IMG/VR virus record: IMGVR_UViG_3300042879_003994
Coordinates: 9,793-73,792 of that record
Source: a virus
Direction: 5' to 3' (one strand)
DNA length: 64,000 nucleotides
The translations under genes and the position numbers were made by a program. The notes beneath the pieces were generated by a model. The model was not told the origin of the DNA and made no database searches. It saw only the letters and a list, made by a program, of their open reading frames with translations. Positions 28,462 through 37,069 of the stretch are shown piece after piece (position 1 is the stretch's first letter; the number at the start of each line of letters is the position of its first letter).

Positions 28462-29266
28462 TCTTTTTGGTGGAACAGGTTTTGTAGGTAGTAATTTTTA
28501 TAGTCTATATAAATCAGATACATATATTCATCCTAGAGAACATAACGTTCCTTTCTATAAGAATATATTATATATGATTAGCACAACTGATAACTATAAT
28601 GTTCTTGAAGATCCATATAAAGATATAAATGTTAATTTAACTAAACTGATTAATGTATTAGAAAATTGTAAAAATAAGGATATTGTTTTTAATTTTGTGA
28701 GTTCTTGGTTTGTTTATGGAGATGTAGAGCTTCCGGCTAAAGAAAGTTATTGCTGCAATCCCAAGGGCTTCTATTCAATTACAAAAAAATGTGCAGAAGA
28801 TTTACTTATAAGTTATTGTAAAACATTTAATATAAGATATAGAATACTACGGCTGGCAAATGTATACGGAAACAAAGACTGCGGTGTCTCAAAAAAAAAG
28901 AATGCTCTAACATATTTAATTAATCAGATAAAAGATAATCAAAATATTAATTTATATTTTAATGGAAAATTTATAAGAGATTACATTCATGTCGAAGATG
29001 CCTGTAGAGCTATAAAGCTTTGTATTGATAAAGGAAGTCTAGATGAAATATATAATATTGGAAATGGCGAACCTTTAATATTTAAAGATATTATAGACTA
29101 TACTATTAAACAAACTAATTCAAAATCAACAATAACTGCCATAGATCAACCAGAATTTCATAAGATTGTACAGGTTAAAGACATGTATTTAGACAATGAA
29201 AAGATTAAAAAATTAGGATTTAAAAAAGAGATTGACATTTATCAAGGAGTTGATAGACTTATATAA
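28445..29266 (+). CDS. NAD-dependent NDP-sugar epimerase/reductase (extended SDR)
   Basis: GGTGFVG, YSITK, RLANVYG, RDYIHV. Confidence 0.85.
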   Translation: MIPKIDLFGGTGFVGSNFYSLYKSDTYIHPREHNVPFYKNILYMISTTDNYNVLEDPYKDINVNLTKLINVLENCKNKDIVFNFVSSWFVYGDVELPAKESYCCNPKGFYSITKKCAEDLLISYCKTFNIRYRILRLANVYGNKDCGVSKKKNALTYLINQIKDNQNINLYFNGKFIRDYIHVEDACRAIKLCIDKGSLDEIYNIGNGEPLIFKDIIDYTIKQTNSKSTITAIDQPEFHKIVQVKDMYLDNEKIKKLGFKKEIDIYQGVDRLI

Positions 29267-29604
29267 TGTCCAAACATAAGCTTTGTCAGTTGATAGTAAA
29301 AAAATTTATAAGAGGTAATATTAATTGGGCAAGAGAAATAAAAATTGCACAGAAATTAATTAAAAAGTTTAATTGTTTTGAATTCTGGAATAATTTAAAA
29401 GAATTAGGTAGTCCGCCTCCTTCATTAGCTTGGTTTCTTAAACCAGAAGGCAAAGCATTTCTTTTAAAAGAATATGAAGCATTTAAATTAAATTTAAATA
29501 AAGAAGAAGTTATATTAAGCAAAAATAAAATCGGAGAAGATAAAAATGTTTGTCAAAAGCCTAAAACTTTGGTACAATTTATAAGATATGGGAAGAAAAC
29601 CTAA
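29266..29604 (+). CDS. Hypothetical protein
   Basis: 112-aa ORF after TTGACA-16-(TG)TAGACT. Confidence 0.65.
   Translation: MSKHKLCQLIVKKFIRGNINWAREIKIAQKLIKKFNCFEFWNNLKELGSPPPSLAWFLKPEGKAFLLKEYEAFKLNLNKEEVILSKNKIGEDKNVCQKPKTLVQFIRYGKKT
29550..29578 (+). promoter_or_regulatory. sigma70-type promoter for recA
   Basis: TTGTCA-17-(TG)TACAAT, 9 nt before ATG. Confidence 0.65.
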
Positions 29605-30730
29605 AGAAGAAGCCGTCCAATCTACTGGTCCATCTGCATCAGATAGATTATTATCCTTTTTAAAAGACAATAAAGAAGATCATTATAATTTTGAAGACGA
29701 GATTTATTATAAAGTATCTACAGGCAGTTTAAACCTTGATATTGCTACTAGCGGAGGACTATGTCCTGGATTACATAGATTTATTGGTATGAATGAAGGT
29801 GGTAAAACTTCTGAAGCATTAGAAGTTGCTAAAAATTTTCTAAAAACAGTAGAAAGTTCTAGAGCGTTGCTTTTTAAAGCAGAAGGCCGACTCAGTAAAG
29901 AAATAAAAGAAAGGTCTGGAATTAAATTTGTAACTGACCCTAAAGAATGGGTTGATGGGACCTGTTTCGTTTTTGAATGTAATGTATTTGAGACAGTATC
30001 GGAATTGATGAAAGACTTGATTCAATCCAATGATGAAAGTAAAAGATATATTTTTATACTTGATTCAGTTGATGGTCTTATCACCAAAGGCGATAAGGAA
30101 AAAACTTTAAGTGAAGCAACAAAAGTAGCTGGTGGAGCAGTTATATCTTCTATGCTTATGAAAAAAATCTCACTTGCATTGTCCAAACGTGGTCATATGG
30201 CAATCTTTATTAGTCAAGTTCGCTCCGACATTAAACTTGACCCATATGCAGCTAACAAAGAAGTTAGGCAGACCACGGCAACAGGCGGTAATGCTTTATT
30301 GCATTTTGCGAACTGGATTCTTGAATTTGAACCAAGATATAATAAAGACCTTATTCTTGAGAAGCCAAATGAAAAGTACGATCCAGTAAAGAATAAAATT
30401 ATCGGTCATAATGTAAAGATCGCTATTAAAAAATCCACAAATGAATCAACAAATTCAAAGATTCAGTATCCCATAAAATATGGTCGTAAAGAAGGTTCTT
30501 CAGTATGGAAAGAATACGAAATAATAGATCAAATTTTGGCTTGGGAATTTGCTACAGCAAAAGGAGCTTGGGTAACCTTTTCTGATGAGATCATAGAAGA
30601 ACTTAAGAAATCCAATATAGAATTAAAGAAGCAACATCAAGGGATAGATAATCTCAGATTGTATCTGGAAGAAAATAAACCAATTACAGACTATTTCTAT
30701 ACTAAATTTATTAATACTCTTGCATCATGA
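29588..30730 (+). CDS. recA: RecA-family recombinase
   Basis: STGSLNLD, GMNEGGKTS, ILDSV, FISQVR, TGGNALLHFA. Confidence 0.9.
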   Translation: MGRKPKEEAVQSTGPSASDRLLSFLKDNKEDHYNFEDEIYYKVSTGSLNLDIATSGGLCPGLHRFIGMNEGGKTSEALEVAKNFLKTVESSRALLFKAEGRLSKEIKERSGIKFVTDPKEWVDGTCFVFECNVFETVSELMKDLIQSNDESKRYIFILDSVDGLITKGDKEKTLSEATKVAGGAVISSMLMKKISLALSKRGHMAIFISQVRSDIKLDPYAANKEVRQTTATGGNALLHFANWILEFEPRYNKDLILEKPNEKYDPVKNKIIGHNVKIAIKKSTNESTNSKIQYPIKYGRKEGSSVWKEYEIIDQILAWEFATAKGAWVTFSDEIIEELKKSNIELKKQHQGIDNLRLYLEENKPITDYFYTKFINTLAS

Positions 30731-31146
30731 GATTGTTAAATATTAACGGCAAACTCGTTAATAAAAATGTAAGAAATTATCTTGTAGATTGGGAAGGTAA
30801 AAGTCGCAGTAAACTACAATTTAAATTTAAACAATTCTTCTATCCATATTGGAAAAATCATATTGTTTATGAAGAATTTCCAGTTTACGGAACAATGCTT
30901 AAGGTTGATATATTAAATGCAACAAAAAGAATAGCAGTTGAGATACAAGGAAATCAACACGAATCATTTAATCAATTTTTTCACGATAATTCTAGACTTA
31001 AATATCTTCAAAGTATAAAAAGAGATGTAAAGAAAGAAAAATGGCTAGAAATGAATAATTTTAAGTTTTTAGAATTGTATGAAAATGATTTAAAAAATTT
31101 ATCACCACAATATATAGAAGAAAAGTGCGGAATTTTAATTATTTAA
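30727..31146 (+). CDS. DUF559/Vsr-like PD-(D/E)XK endonuclease
   Basis: VDIL...IAVEIQGNQH, RDVKKEKW. Confidence 0.75.
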   Translation: MRLLNINGKLVNKNVRNYLVDWEGKSRSKLQFKFKQFFYPYWKNHIVYEEFPVYGTMLKVDILNATKRIAVEIQGNQHESFNQFFHDNSRLKYLQSIKRDVKKEKWLEMNNFKFLELYENDLKNLSPQYIEEKCGILII

Positions 31147-31161
31147 GTGTAAAAGTTTTTG

Positions 31162-31437
31162 GTGACAAATAAAAGAAAAAGTTTTAAAATACCAGATTCT
31201 CTCTTAAAACAAATTGACGAATGCAGTTTTGGTGGATATATACTTTTTAACTTTTCTAGTAAAGGTGAGCCTCAAGTCTTTACAAAATTTGATAATCAAA
31301 TAAATGCTATGGCACTTTTATACTATGTAAATACTTGGAGTCAAAGCGTAGATCAACTAAATCTAGAAGCTACCACAGATCAGATAGCAAGAACCAATCA
31401 AGAAGACGATTTTGATAATCCAGAAGACAAAGATTAA
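31162..31437 (+). CDS. Hypothetical protein
   Basis: GTGTAA at 31147-31152, 9 nt before GTG 31162 (ORF track start 31159). Confidence 0.65.
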   Translation: MTNKRKSFKIPDSLLKQIDECSFGGYILFNFSSKGEPQVFTKFDNQINAMALLYYVNTWSQSVDQLNLEATTDQIARTNQEDDFDNPEDKD

Positions 31438-31440
31438 AAC

Positions 31441-31469
31441 TTGACTTTTATTTTTTGTTTTGGTATTAT
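31441..31469 (+). promoter_or_regulatory. sigma70-type promoter for dnaB
   Basis: TTGACT-17-(TG)TATTAT, 9 nt before ATG 31479. Confidence 0.7.
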
Positions 31470-31478
31470 ATATATTGG

Positions 31479-32963
31479 ATGATTTACTCCTTACAAGTAG
31501 AAAGACACGTATTAAGCGGCTTACTTAAACATCAAGATCTTTTCGCAGATATTGATGTATTTTTAACCGAGAATGACTTCTATAATGATGTTCATTCTTC
31601 TATATATACCGTCTTTAAAAATATTAAACATAAAGGTGAAAACGTAGACAAAGTATTGTTAGCAGAAAAGATTAAAAACCTTGGAATTACATTTAAGGAT
31701 GAAATTAATATTTTTGATTATATTGATAATTTAAGCTTCTCTCAAATTACGGAGGAAGCCACAGTAAATGCTTGTAAGGAATTAATTAAATTAAGGATTC
31801 GTAGAGAAATATCTCAAACAGCAGATAAATTAAAAGATTATGTTAATAAAAACTCAGAGGACTCTGTAGATCAGATTATTGGTAAAATAGATCAAATCTA
31901 TAATAAAAAAATATCGGCATATTCAGAAAATGATATGCCTATTAATATTTTTGCCGAGGTCGAAGATCTTGTAGAAGAGATAGGAAATGCACCAAAGGAT
32001 GATACAGGATTAATAACTCCCTATTCTGAATTTAACAGAATGTATGGTGGACTAAAGAATGGAAATATTTACGCTATTGCAAGTCGTCCAGGCCAAGGAA
32101 AATCTACGTGGCTAAATGATATATGTTTTAAAACTTCTATTAACCCTAAGAACAAAACCAAAACTTTAATTCTCGATACTGAAATGCAAACAGTAGATAT
32201 TCAATTAAGAATGGTTGCATCATTAACTGATGTACCCGTTTGGTATCTTGAAACTGGTAATTGGCGTAAAAATGAAGAGATGACAAAGAAGGTTAGAGCT
32301 GCTTGGGCAAAAGTCAAAACGTATGAGTATTTTCATTATCATGTAGGTAATAAAAATATTGACCAAGTATGTTCTATCATTCGTAGATGGTATCTTTCTA
32401 AAGTCGGTCGTGGAAATCAAGCGATGATAGCATATGATTATATTAAATTAACTGGGGAAAAAGTTAGCCAAAATTGGGCAGAGCATCAAGCGATTGGTGA
32501 AAAAATTGATAAACTTAAAAGAATCTCAGAGGAAATTCATTGTCCAATTATTACAGCGATGCAGTTGAATAGAACAGGAGAAAATTTTAATCGTAATTCA
32601 AATAATGTAGTTGATGATAGTTCAGTTATTTCACTATCCGATAGACTACAATGGTTTGCATCGTTTGTTGCAATATTTAGAAGAAAAACTCTTGATGAGG
32701 TCACTTTAGACGGACAAGCATTTGGAACTCATAAATTAATTCCAACTAAGACTAGGTTTCAAGGAAAGGATGCTGCTGGTCATCAAGACTTGGTAAGAAG
32801 ATTAGACTCTGCTGGCAAAGAGATCTGGGCTCAAAATTATCTTAATTATCAAGTAACAAATTTTAATATTGAGGAACGAGGCTCCTTAAGAGATGTCGCT
32901 GAAAGGCAAAGAGAACAGTACGAACTCACCGATCAAAATGCAAACGATGGAGAACTATTATGA
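31479..32963 (+). CDS. dnaB: Replicative DNA helicase
   Basis: ERHVLSGLL N-domain, ASRPGQGKST, TEM, DYIKL, QLNR, KTR; start placed at the ATG downstream of the promoter. Confidence 0.92.
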   Translation: MIYSLQVERHVLSGLLKHQDLFADIDVFLTENDFYNDVHSSIYTVFKNIKHKGENVDKVLLAEKIKNLGITFKDEINIFDYIDNLSFSQITEEATVNACKELIKLRIRREISQTADKLKDYVNKNSEDSVDQIIGKIDQIYNKKISAYSENDMPINIFAEVEDLVEEIGNAPKDDTGLITPYSEFNRMYGGLKNGNIYAIASRPGQGKSTWLNDICFKTSINPKNKTKTLILDTEMQTVDIQLRMVASLTDVPVWYLETGNWRKNEEMTKKVRAAWAKVKTYEYFHYHVGNKNIDQVCSIIRRWYLSKVGRGNQAMIAYDYIKLTGEKVSQNWAEHQAIGEKIDKLKRISEEIHCPIITAMQLNRTGENFNRNSNNVVDDSSVISLSDRLQWFASFVAIFRRKTLDEVTLDGQAFGTHKLIPTKTRFQGKDAAGHQDLVRRLDSAGKEIWAQNYLNYQVTNFNIEERGSLRDVAERQREQYELTDQNANDGELL

Positions 32964-33616
32964 ATGTAGAATTAATATCAATTACAAAACCAGAGATTAA
33001 AGGAATAAAAAATGCAGAAGATCTAGTAGCTTATTGCGCTAGAGTAAGTAATCCCTCTAATCAAATGAATATAGAGACTGCACCAAAATTATTAAGATTC
33101 CTAATAAAACACAAACATTGGAGTCCATTTGAACTAGTAGACATGTGCGTAGAAATAAAAACTAGTAGAGCTATCGCAGCTCAGATCTTACGTCACAGAT
33201 CTTTCTCATTTCAAGAATTTAGTCAAAGGTATAGTCTTGCTAATGAATACGAAGATGTTGAATTAAGATTACAAGGAGATAAAAATAGACAAGTTGGAGA
33301 AAAATTATTGCCAACAGGTACAGAAGCTTATGATAAGATTAATGAACTCTTAATAGAATCTTTATCAATATCACAACATTGTTATGAAACCATGATAGAA
33401 AATGGCGTAGCAAAAGAAGTCGCTAGAATGATACTACCTTTAACTACCCAAACCACAATGTATATGAAAGGATCTCTAAGAAGTTGGATTCATTATATCG
33501 AATTAAGAACCGAACAAAATACTCAGAAAGAACACAGAGAAATTGCCGAAAGATGCAAGAAAATATTTGTGAAAGAGTTCCCTACTATAAGTGAGGCTTT
33601 GGAATGGAACAAGTAA
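32960..33616 (+). CDS. thyX: Flavin-dependent thymidylate synthase
   Basis: HWSPFE, QILRHRSFSFQEFSQRY, ARMILP, LR....TQKEH. Confidence 0.95.
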   Translation: MNVELISITKPEIKGIKNAEDLVAYCARVSNPSNQMNIETAPKLLRFLIKHKHWSPFELVDMCVEIKTSRAIAAQILRHRSFSFQEFSQRYSLANEYEDVELRLQGDKNRQVGEKLLPTGTEAYDKINELLIESLSISQHCYETMIENGVAKEVARMILPLTTQTTMYMKGSLRSWIHYIELRTEQNTQKEHREIAERCKKIFVKEFPTISEALEWNK

Positions 33617-34509
33617 ATGTTTATCAAATCTTGACTGATCTTGGCTATAAGCTAAAAGACTATGGCAAGGAGTTTAGAGCGAAACCACTATATAGAGATA
33701 GTGATAATGATACAGTTCTAAAAATCTACAAAGATACAGGTCATTGGTTTGACTTTAAGGAAAATATAAGTGGAGACTTTAGCTCGCTTGTTGGAATGAC
33801 TTTAAAGATAGAAGACCCAGATAAGGCAAAAGAATGGCTTAAGAATAAAAATTTTACGTTTCATCAGCCTCAAGAACATTTAAAACCACTTTTAAAATCA
33901 TCAAAGAAATTTGATTTGAATTTATTATCTAATCTAGAGAAGAATCATTCATATTGGAATAGTAGGGGCATAGACACAGACACCTTAATAAGGTTTAAAG
34001 GCGGAATAGGTAAAGCTGGAAAGATGAAAAATAGATATGTATTCCCAATATTTGATATTAAAAATAATATTATAGGATTTTCTGGTAGAGATATCACTAA
34101 TCTTTCTAAGATAAAATGGAAACATCTAGGAGAAAAGAATGACTTTCTTTATCCTTTATTCTTAAACTCCAAGGCGATAGAATATCAGAAAGAAGTCATC
34201 CTTGTGGAGAGTATTGGTGACATGCTAAACCTATATCAATCTGGCGTTGAAAATACTCTAGTAACATTTGGAACAACAATTAGTTTATCAATTTTAAATT
34301 ATTGCTTAAAGATTGATCCTAAGAAAATATATATTAGCCTAAATAATGATTCGAATAAAAACAATGCCGGTAATATTGGGGCAGAAAAAGGTTATGCAAA
34401 ATTAAAAAGATATTTTGATGATAAACAATTACAAATATCTTTGCCAACAAAAAAAGACTTTGGTGAAATGACTAAAGAAGAAATATTACAATGGAAAGCA
34501 AATCTTTAA
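33604..34509 (+). CDS. DnaG-like primase
   Basis: RYVFPIFD...IIGFSGR, TOPRIM ILVESIGD, KDFGEM; degenerate Zn-binding domain. Confidence 0.85.
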   Translation: MEQVNVYQILTDLGYKLKDYGKEFRAKPLYRDSDNDTVLKIYKDTGHWFDFKENISGDFSSLVGMTLKIEDPDKAKEWLKNKNFTFHQPQEHLKPLLKSSKKFDLNLLSNLEKNHSYWNSRGIDTDTLIRFKGGIGKAGKMKNRYVFPIFDIKNNIIGFSGRDITNLSKIKWKHLGEKNDFLYPLFLNSKAIEYQKEVILVESIGDMLNLYQSGVENTLVTFGTTISLSILNYCLKIDPKKIYISLNNDSNKNNAGNIGAEKGYAKLKRYFDDKQLQISLPTKKDFGEMTKEEILQWKANL

Positions 34510-35435
34510 AAGTATTATCTGCATCTAGAATTAAGACTTTAGAGACTTGCTCTTGGGTTTATTGGAATAATTACCATGCCAAAATACCCCAGAGTCAAAA
34601 TGATGGAGCCTTAAGAGGAACTATTTGTCATACTATATTTGAGCTACTTTTAAATCCAAGACATAAAGCTCACTATGATCAAATTATAAAAAGTAATTCA
34701 ATTAGTGGCAGTAAAGCTATAACAAGATTAGTAAAAAAATTAAAATCTAAGGTTGGTTTAGATGCTTCTAATTTTGAGATTTTAGATCAGATGATTATGG
34801 TAGGTTTAAAACATGATTTTTTTGGTGAAAAAGATGGTAAAATTGTATCTCCCGAATACGCCTTTGAAATTAAGAATGATGAGCCAAAATATCATATCAA
34901 GGGCTTTATTGATAAGCCTATTAAATCAAAGAATAAAATGGTTATAATTGACTATAAAAGCTCTAAAGCTAAGTTTAGGGGAGATGACTTAGAAGCAAAT
35001 ATTCAGGCTATGATGTATAGTTTAGCAAGTAAAAAACTCTGGCCTAAATTGAAACCTATTATAAGATTTTTATTCTTGAGGTTCCCAAAACAACCCATAC
35101 AAGAACTCGAATTTACAGATGATCAAATCAAGGGGTTTGAATATTATCTTGAACATATTAATGATTATATTAATAAATTTGATGAAGACTCAGCTAAAGC
35201 AAATTTTGCGATAGATAATGATAAAAACAAGTGGATGTGTGGGATAGGCAACTGGAGATGTCCATATAGAGATTCTTATGAATATTATGTAAAATTAAAT
35301 GAAAAGGGTGAAGCTATAGAATCTAGTCTGACTAGTGATTTTAAAAATACCGAAGGATACACGATAGAGAAAAGAAAATATTATGGTTGTCCCAAATTTA
35401 ATACTCAAAAAACTAAAGATGACTTTTTAGATTGA
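34491..35435 (+). CDS. Cas4/RecB-like PD-(D/E)XK nuclease with 4-Cys staple
   Basis: SASRI...C, RGTICH, GFID, IIDYKS, Q...Y, and C-terminal C..C...C. Confidence 0.85.
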   Translation: MESKSLKVLSASRIKTLETCSWVYWNNYHAKIPQSQNDGALRGTICHTIFELLLNPRHKAHYDQIIKSNSISGSKAITRLVKKLKSKVGLDASNFEILDQMIMVGLKHDFFGEKDGKIVSPEYAFEIKNDEPKYHIKGFIDKPIKSKNKMVIIDYKSSKAKFRGDDLEANIQAMMYSLASKKLWPKLKPIIRFLFLRFPKQPIQELEFTDDQIKGFEYYLEHINDYINKFDEDSAKANFAIDNDKNKWMCGIGNWRCPYRDSYEYYVKLNEKGEAIESSLTSDFKNTEGYTIEKRKYYGCPKFNTQKTKDDFLD

Positions 35436-35460
35436 TTCTTGAAGATAAGTGTGTTATACT
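35432..35460 (+). promoter_or_regulatory. sigma70-type promoter
   Basis: TTGATT-17-(TG)TATACT, 7 nt before ATG 35468. Confidence 0.7.
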
Positions 35461-35467
35461 TAAGAAA

Positions 35468-36214
35468 ATGATACCTTTATTTAAATCTCACTATTCTCTA
35501 GGAAGATCAATTTTGACTTTAGAAGATAAGAGTGAAGTAGATGACTACCCAGACTCAATAATTCAAATAGCTAAAGAGAATAAATTAAAAGAGATATATT
35601 TAGTAGAGGATAACATGTCTTCTTTCTTAGAAGCTTATACCAATACAAAATCTAACAATATTAAGTTAAATTATGGATTAAGACTTTCAGTTACCGAATC
35701 AATGAATGATAAGACAGATGAATCTAGACAAAAAACATCTAAAATTGTAATATTTTTTAAGAATAAAAAAGGTCATGAGTCCTTGACTAAACTATTTAGT
35801 ATAGCAGCGAAAACTGGATTCTATTATGAACCAAGACTAGATTACGAGACTATTCAGAAGAATTGGTCTGATAATTTAATATTATGTATACCTTTCTACG
35901 ATTCTTTTATATTTAATAATACTTTAAGAAATTCTATATGCATTCCACAGTTTAATTTTACTAAACCAGTAGCTTTTGTAGAAGAAAATGATTTGCCATT
36001 TGATTCTATCGTTCATAATAAAATGCAGAAATATGCCGAACAAAATAATCTAGAGATCTATAAGACTAAAAGTATTTACTATAAGAAAAAGAAAGATTTT
36101 AAAACATATTTAACATTTCGTTGTATTAATAATAGAAGCATACTAAATAAGCCAGAACTTGAGCACATGTCTAGTAATGATTTCTGTTTTGAAAGTTACT
36201 TGGAGAAAAAATAA
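35468..36214 (+). CDS. Stand-alone PHP domain of DNA polymerase III alpha (degenerate metal ligands)
   Basis: FKSHYSLGRS, IKLNYG, FFKNKKGHESLTKL, FYYEPRLD match the DnaE PHP pattern. Confidence 0.8.
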   Translation: MIPLFKSHYSLGRSILTLEDKSEVDDYPDSIIQIAKENKLKEIYLVEDNMSSFLEAYTNTKSNNIKLNYGLRLSVTESMNDKTDESRQKTSKIVIFFKNKKGHESLTKLFSIAAKTGFYYEPRLDYETIQKNWSDNLILCIPFYDSFIFNNTLRNSICIPQFNFTKPVAFVEENDLPFDSIVHNKMQKYAEQNNLEIYKTKSIYYKKKKDFKTYLTFRCINNRSILNKPELEHMSSNDFCFESYLEKK

Positions 36215-36852
36215 TGGACGAACACCTTTTAAGATATGATAAGAAAAAGAATCTCGTATTTATTGATTGCGAGACATTTAATCTCTGTTTAAACTTTTGC
36301 CATAATTTACCTTGGCAAATTGCTATGATAAAAGTTAAGGGCGATCAAAAGATTGATGAAAAGAATTTTTATCTTAAATGGCAAACTGATTTAAAAATTA
36401 GCCAAGACGCAGCAAGAATTACTAGATACGATCATAAGAAAGTTCAAAAAGAAGGACATGATCCAAAAGAAATATTTCCAACTATTAAAGATTGGTTAGA
36501 CCATGCAGACTATATTATAGGTCACAATACTATTGGATTTGATATTTACTTAATAAAAGAGTATTATAAATTTATGGGATGCAACTGGAGTCATTTAGTC
36601 AGTAAATTTATTGATACAAATACAATAGCTAGGGGTATAAAATACGGAATACCTTATAGCCCAAAAGAAAGTTTAATTGAGTATCAATATAAAATATACC
36701 ATACAAAAAGAAAAAATGTAAAGAGTTCTCTAACTACTCTAGGTAAAGAGAATGGAATCGATCATGATTACGATAGACTTCATGATGCAATAAACGATCT
36801 TGACTTAAATATAAAAGTATGGAATAAATTGAAATGGCAAATAGAGGTATAA
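36214..36852 (+). CDS. DEDDh 3'-5' exonuclease (DnaQ/epsilon-like)
   Basis: FIDCET, GHNTIGFD, IDT, HDAINDL. Confidence 0.88.
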   Translation: MDEHLLRYDKKKNLVFIDCETFNLCLNFCHNLPWQIAMIKVKGDQKIDEKNFYLKWQTDLKISQDAARITRYDHKKVQKEGHDPKEIFPTIKDWLDHADYIIGHNTIGFDIYLIKEYYKFMGCNWSHLVSKFIDTNTIARGIKYGIPYSPKESLIEYQYKIYHTKRKNVKSSLTTLGKENGIDHDYDRLHDAINDLDLNIKVWNKLKWQIEV

Positions 36853-36853
36853 C

Positions 36854-37069
36854 ATGGCTTCATTAGACGATATTTATGATATGATTCAAAAATTAGACGA
36901 CTCTAATATTGAGTATCTTTTGATTACAGTACAGAAAGGTAAAAAGATCGGTAAAGCTGATGTATTTTATTCTTTAAAAGATAGAAATTCTATGAAAATC
37001 TTAACAGAAGGACTAAATAGATTTACAAAAGAAGTTGATAGACTAGACGATGAAGGCAAATTTGAATAA
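36854..37069 (+). CDS. Hypothetical protein
   Basis: 71-aa ORF with GAGG SD, tightly packed between neighbours. Confidence 0.65.
   Translation: MASLDDIYDMIQKLDDSNIEYLLITVQKGKKIGKADVFYSLKDRNSMKILTEGLNRFTKEVDRLDDEGKFE

Noticed and set aside
34491-35435. CRISPR-Cas locus
   Set aside because: No repeat-spacer array or other cas genes in the window
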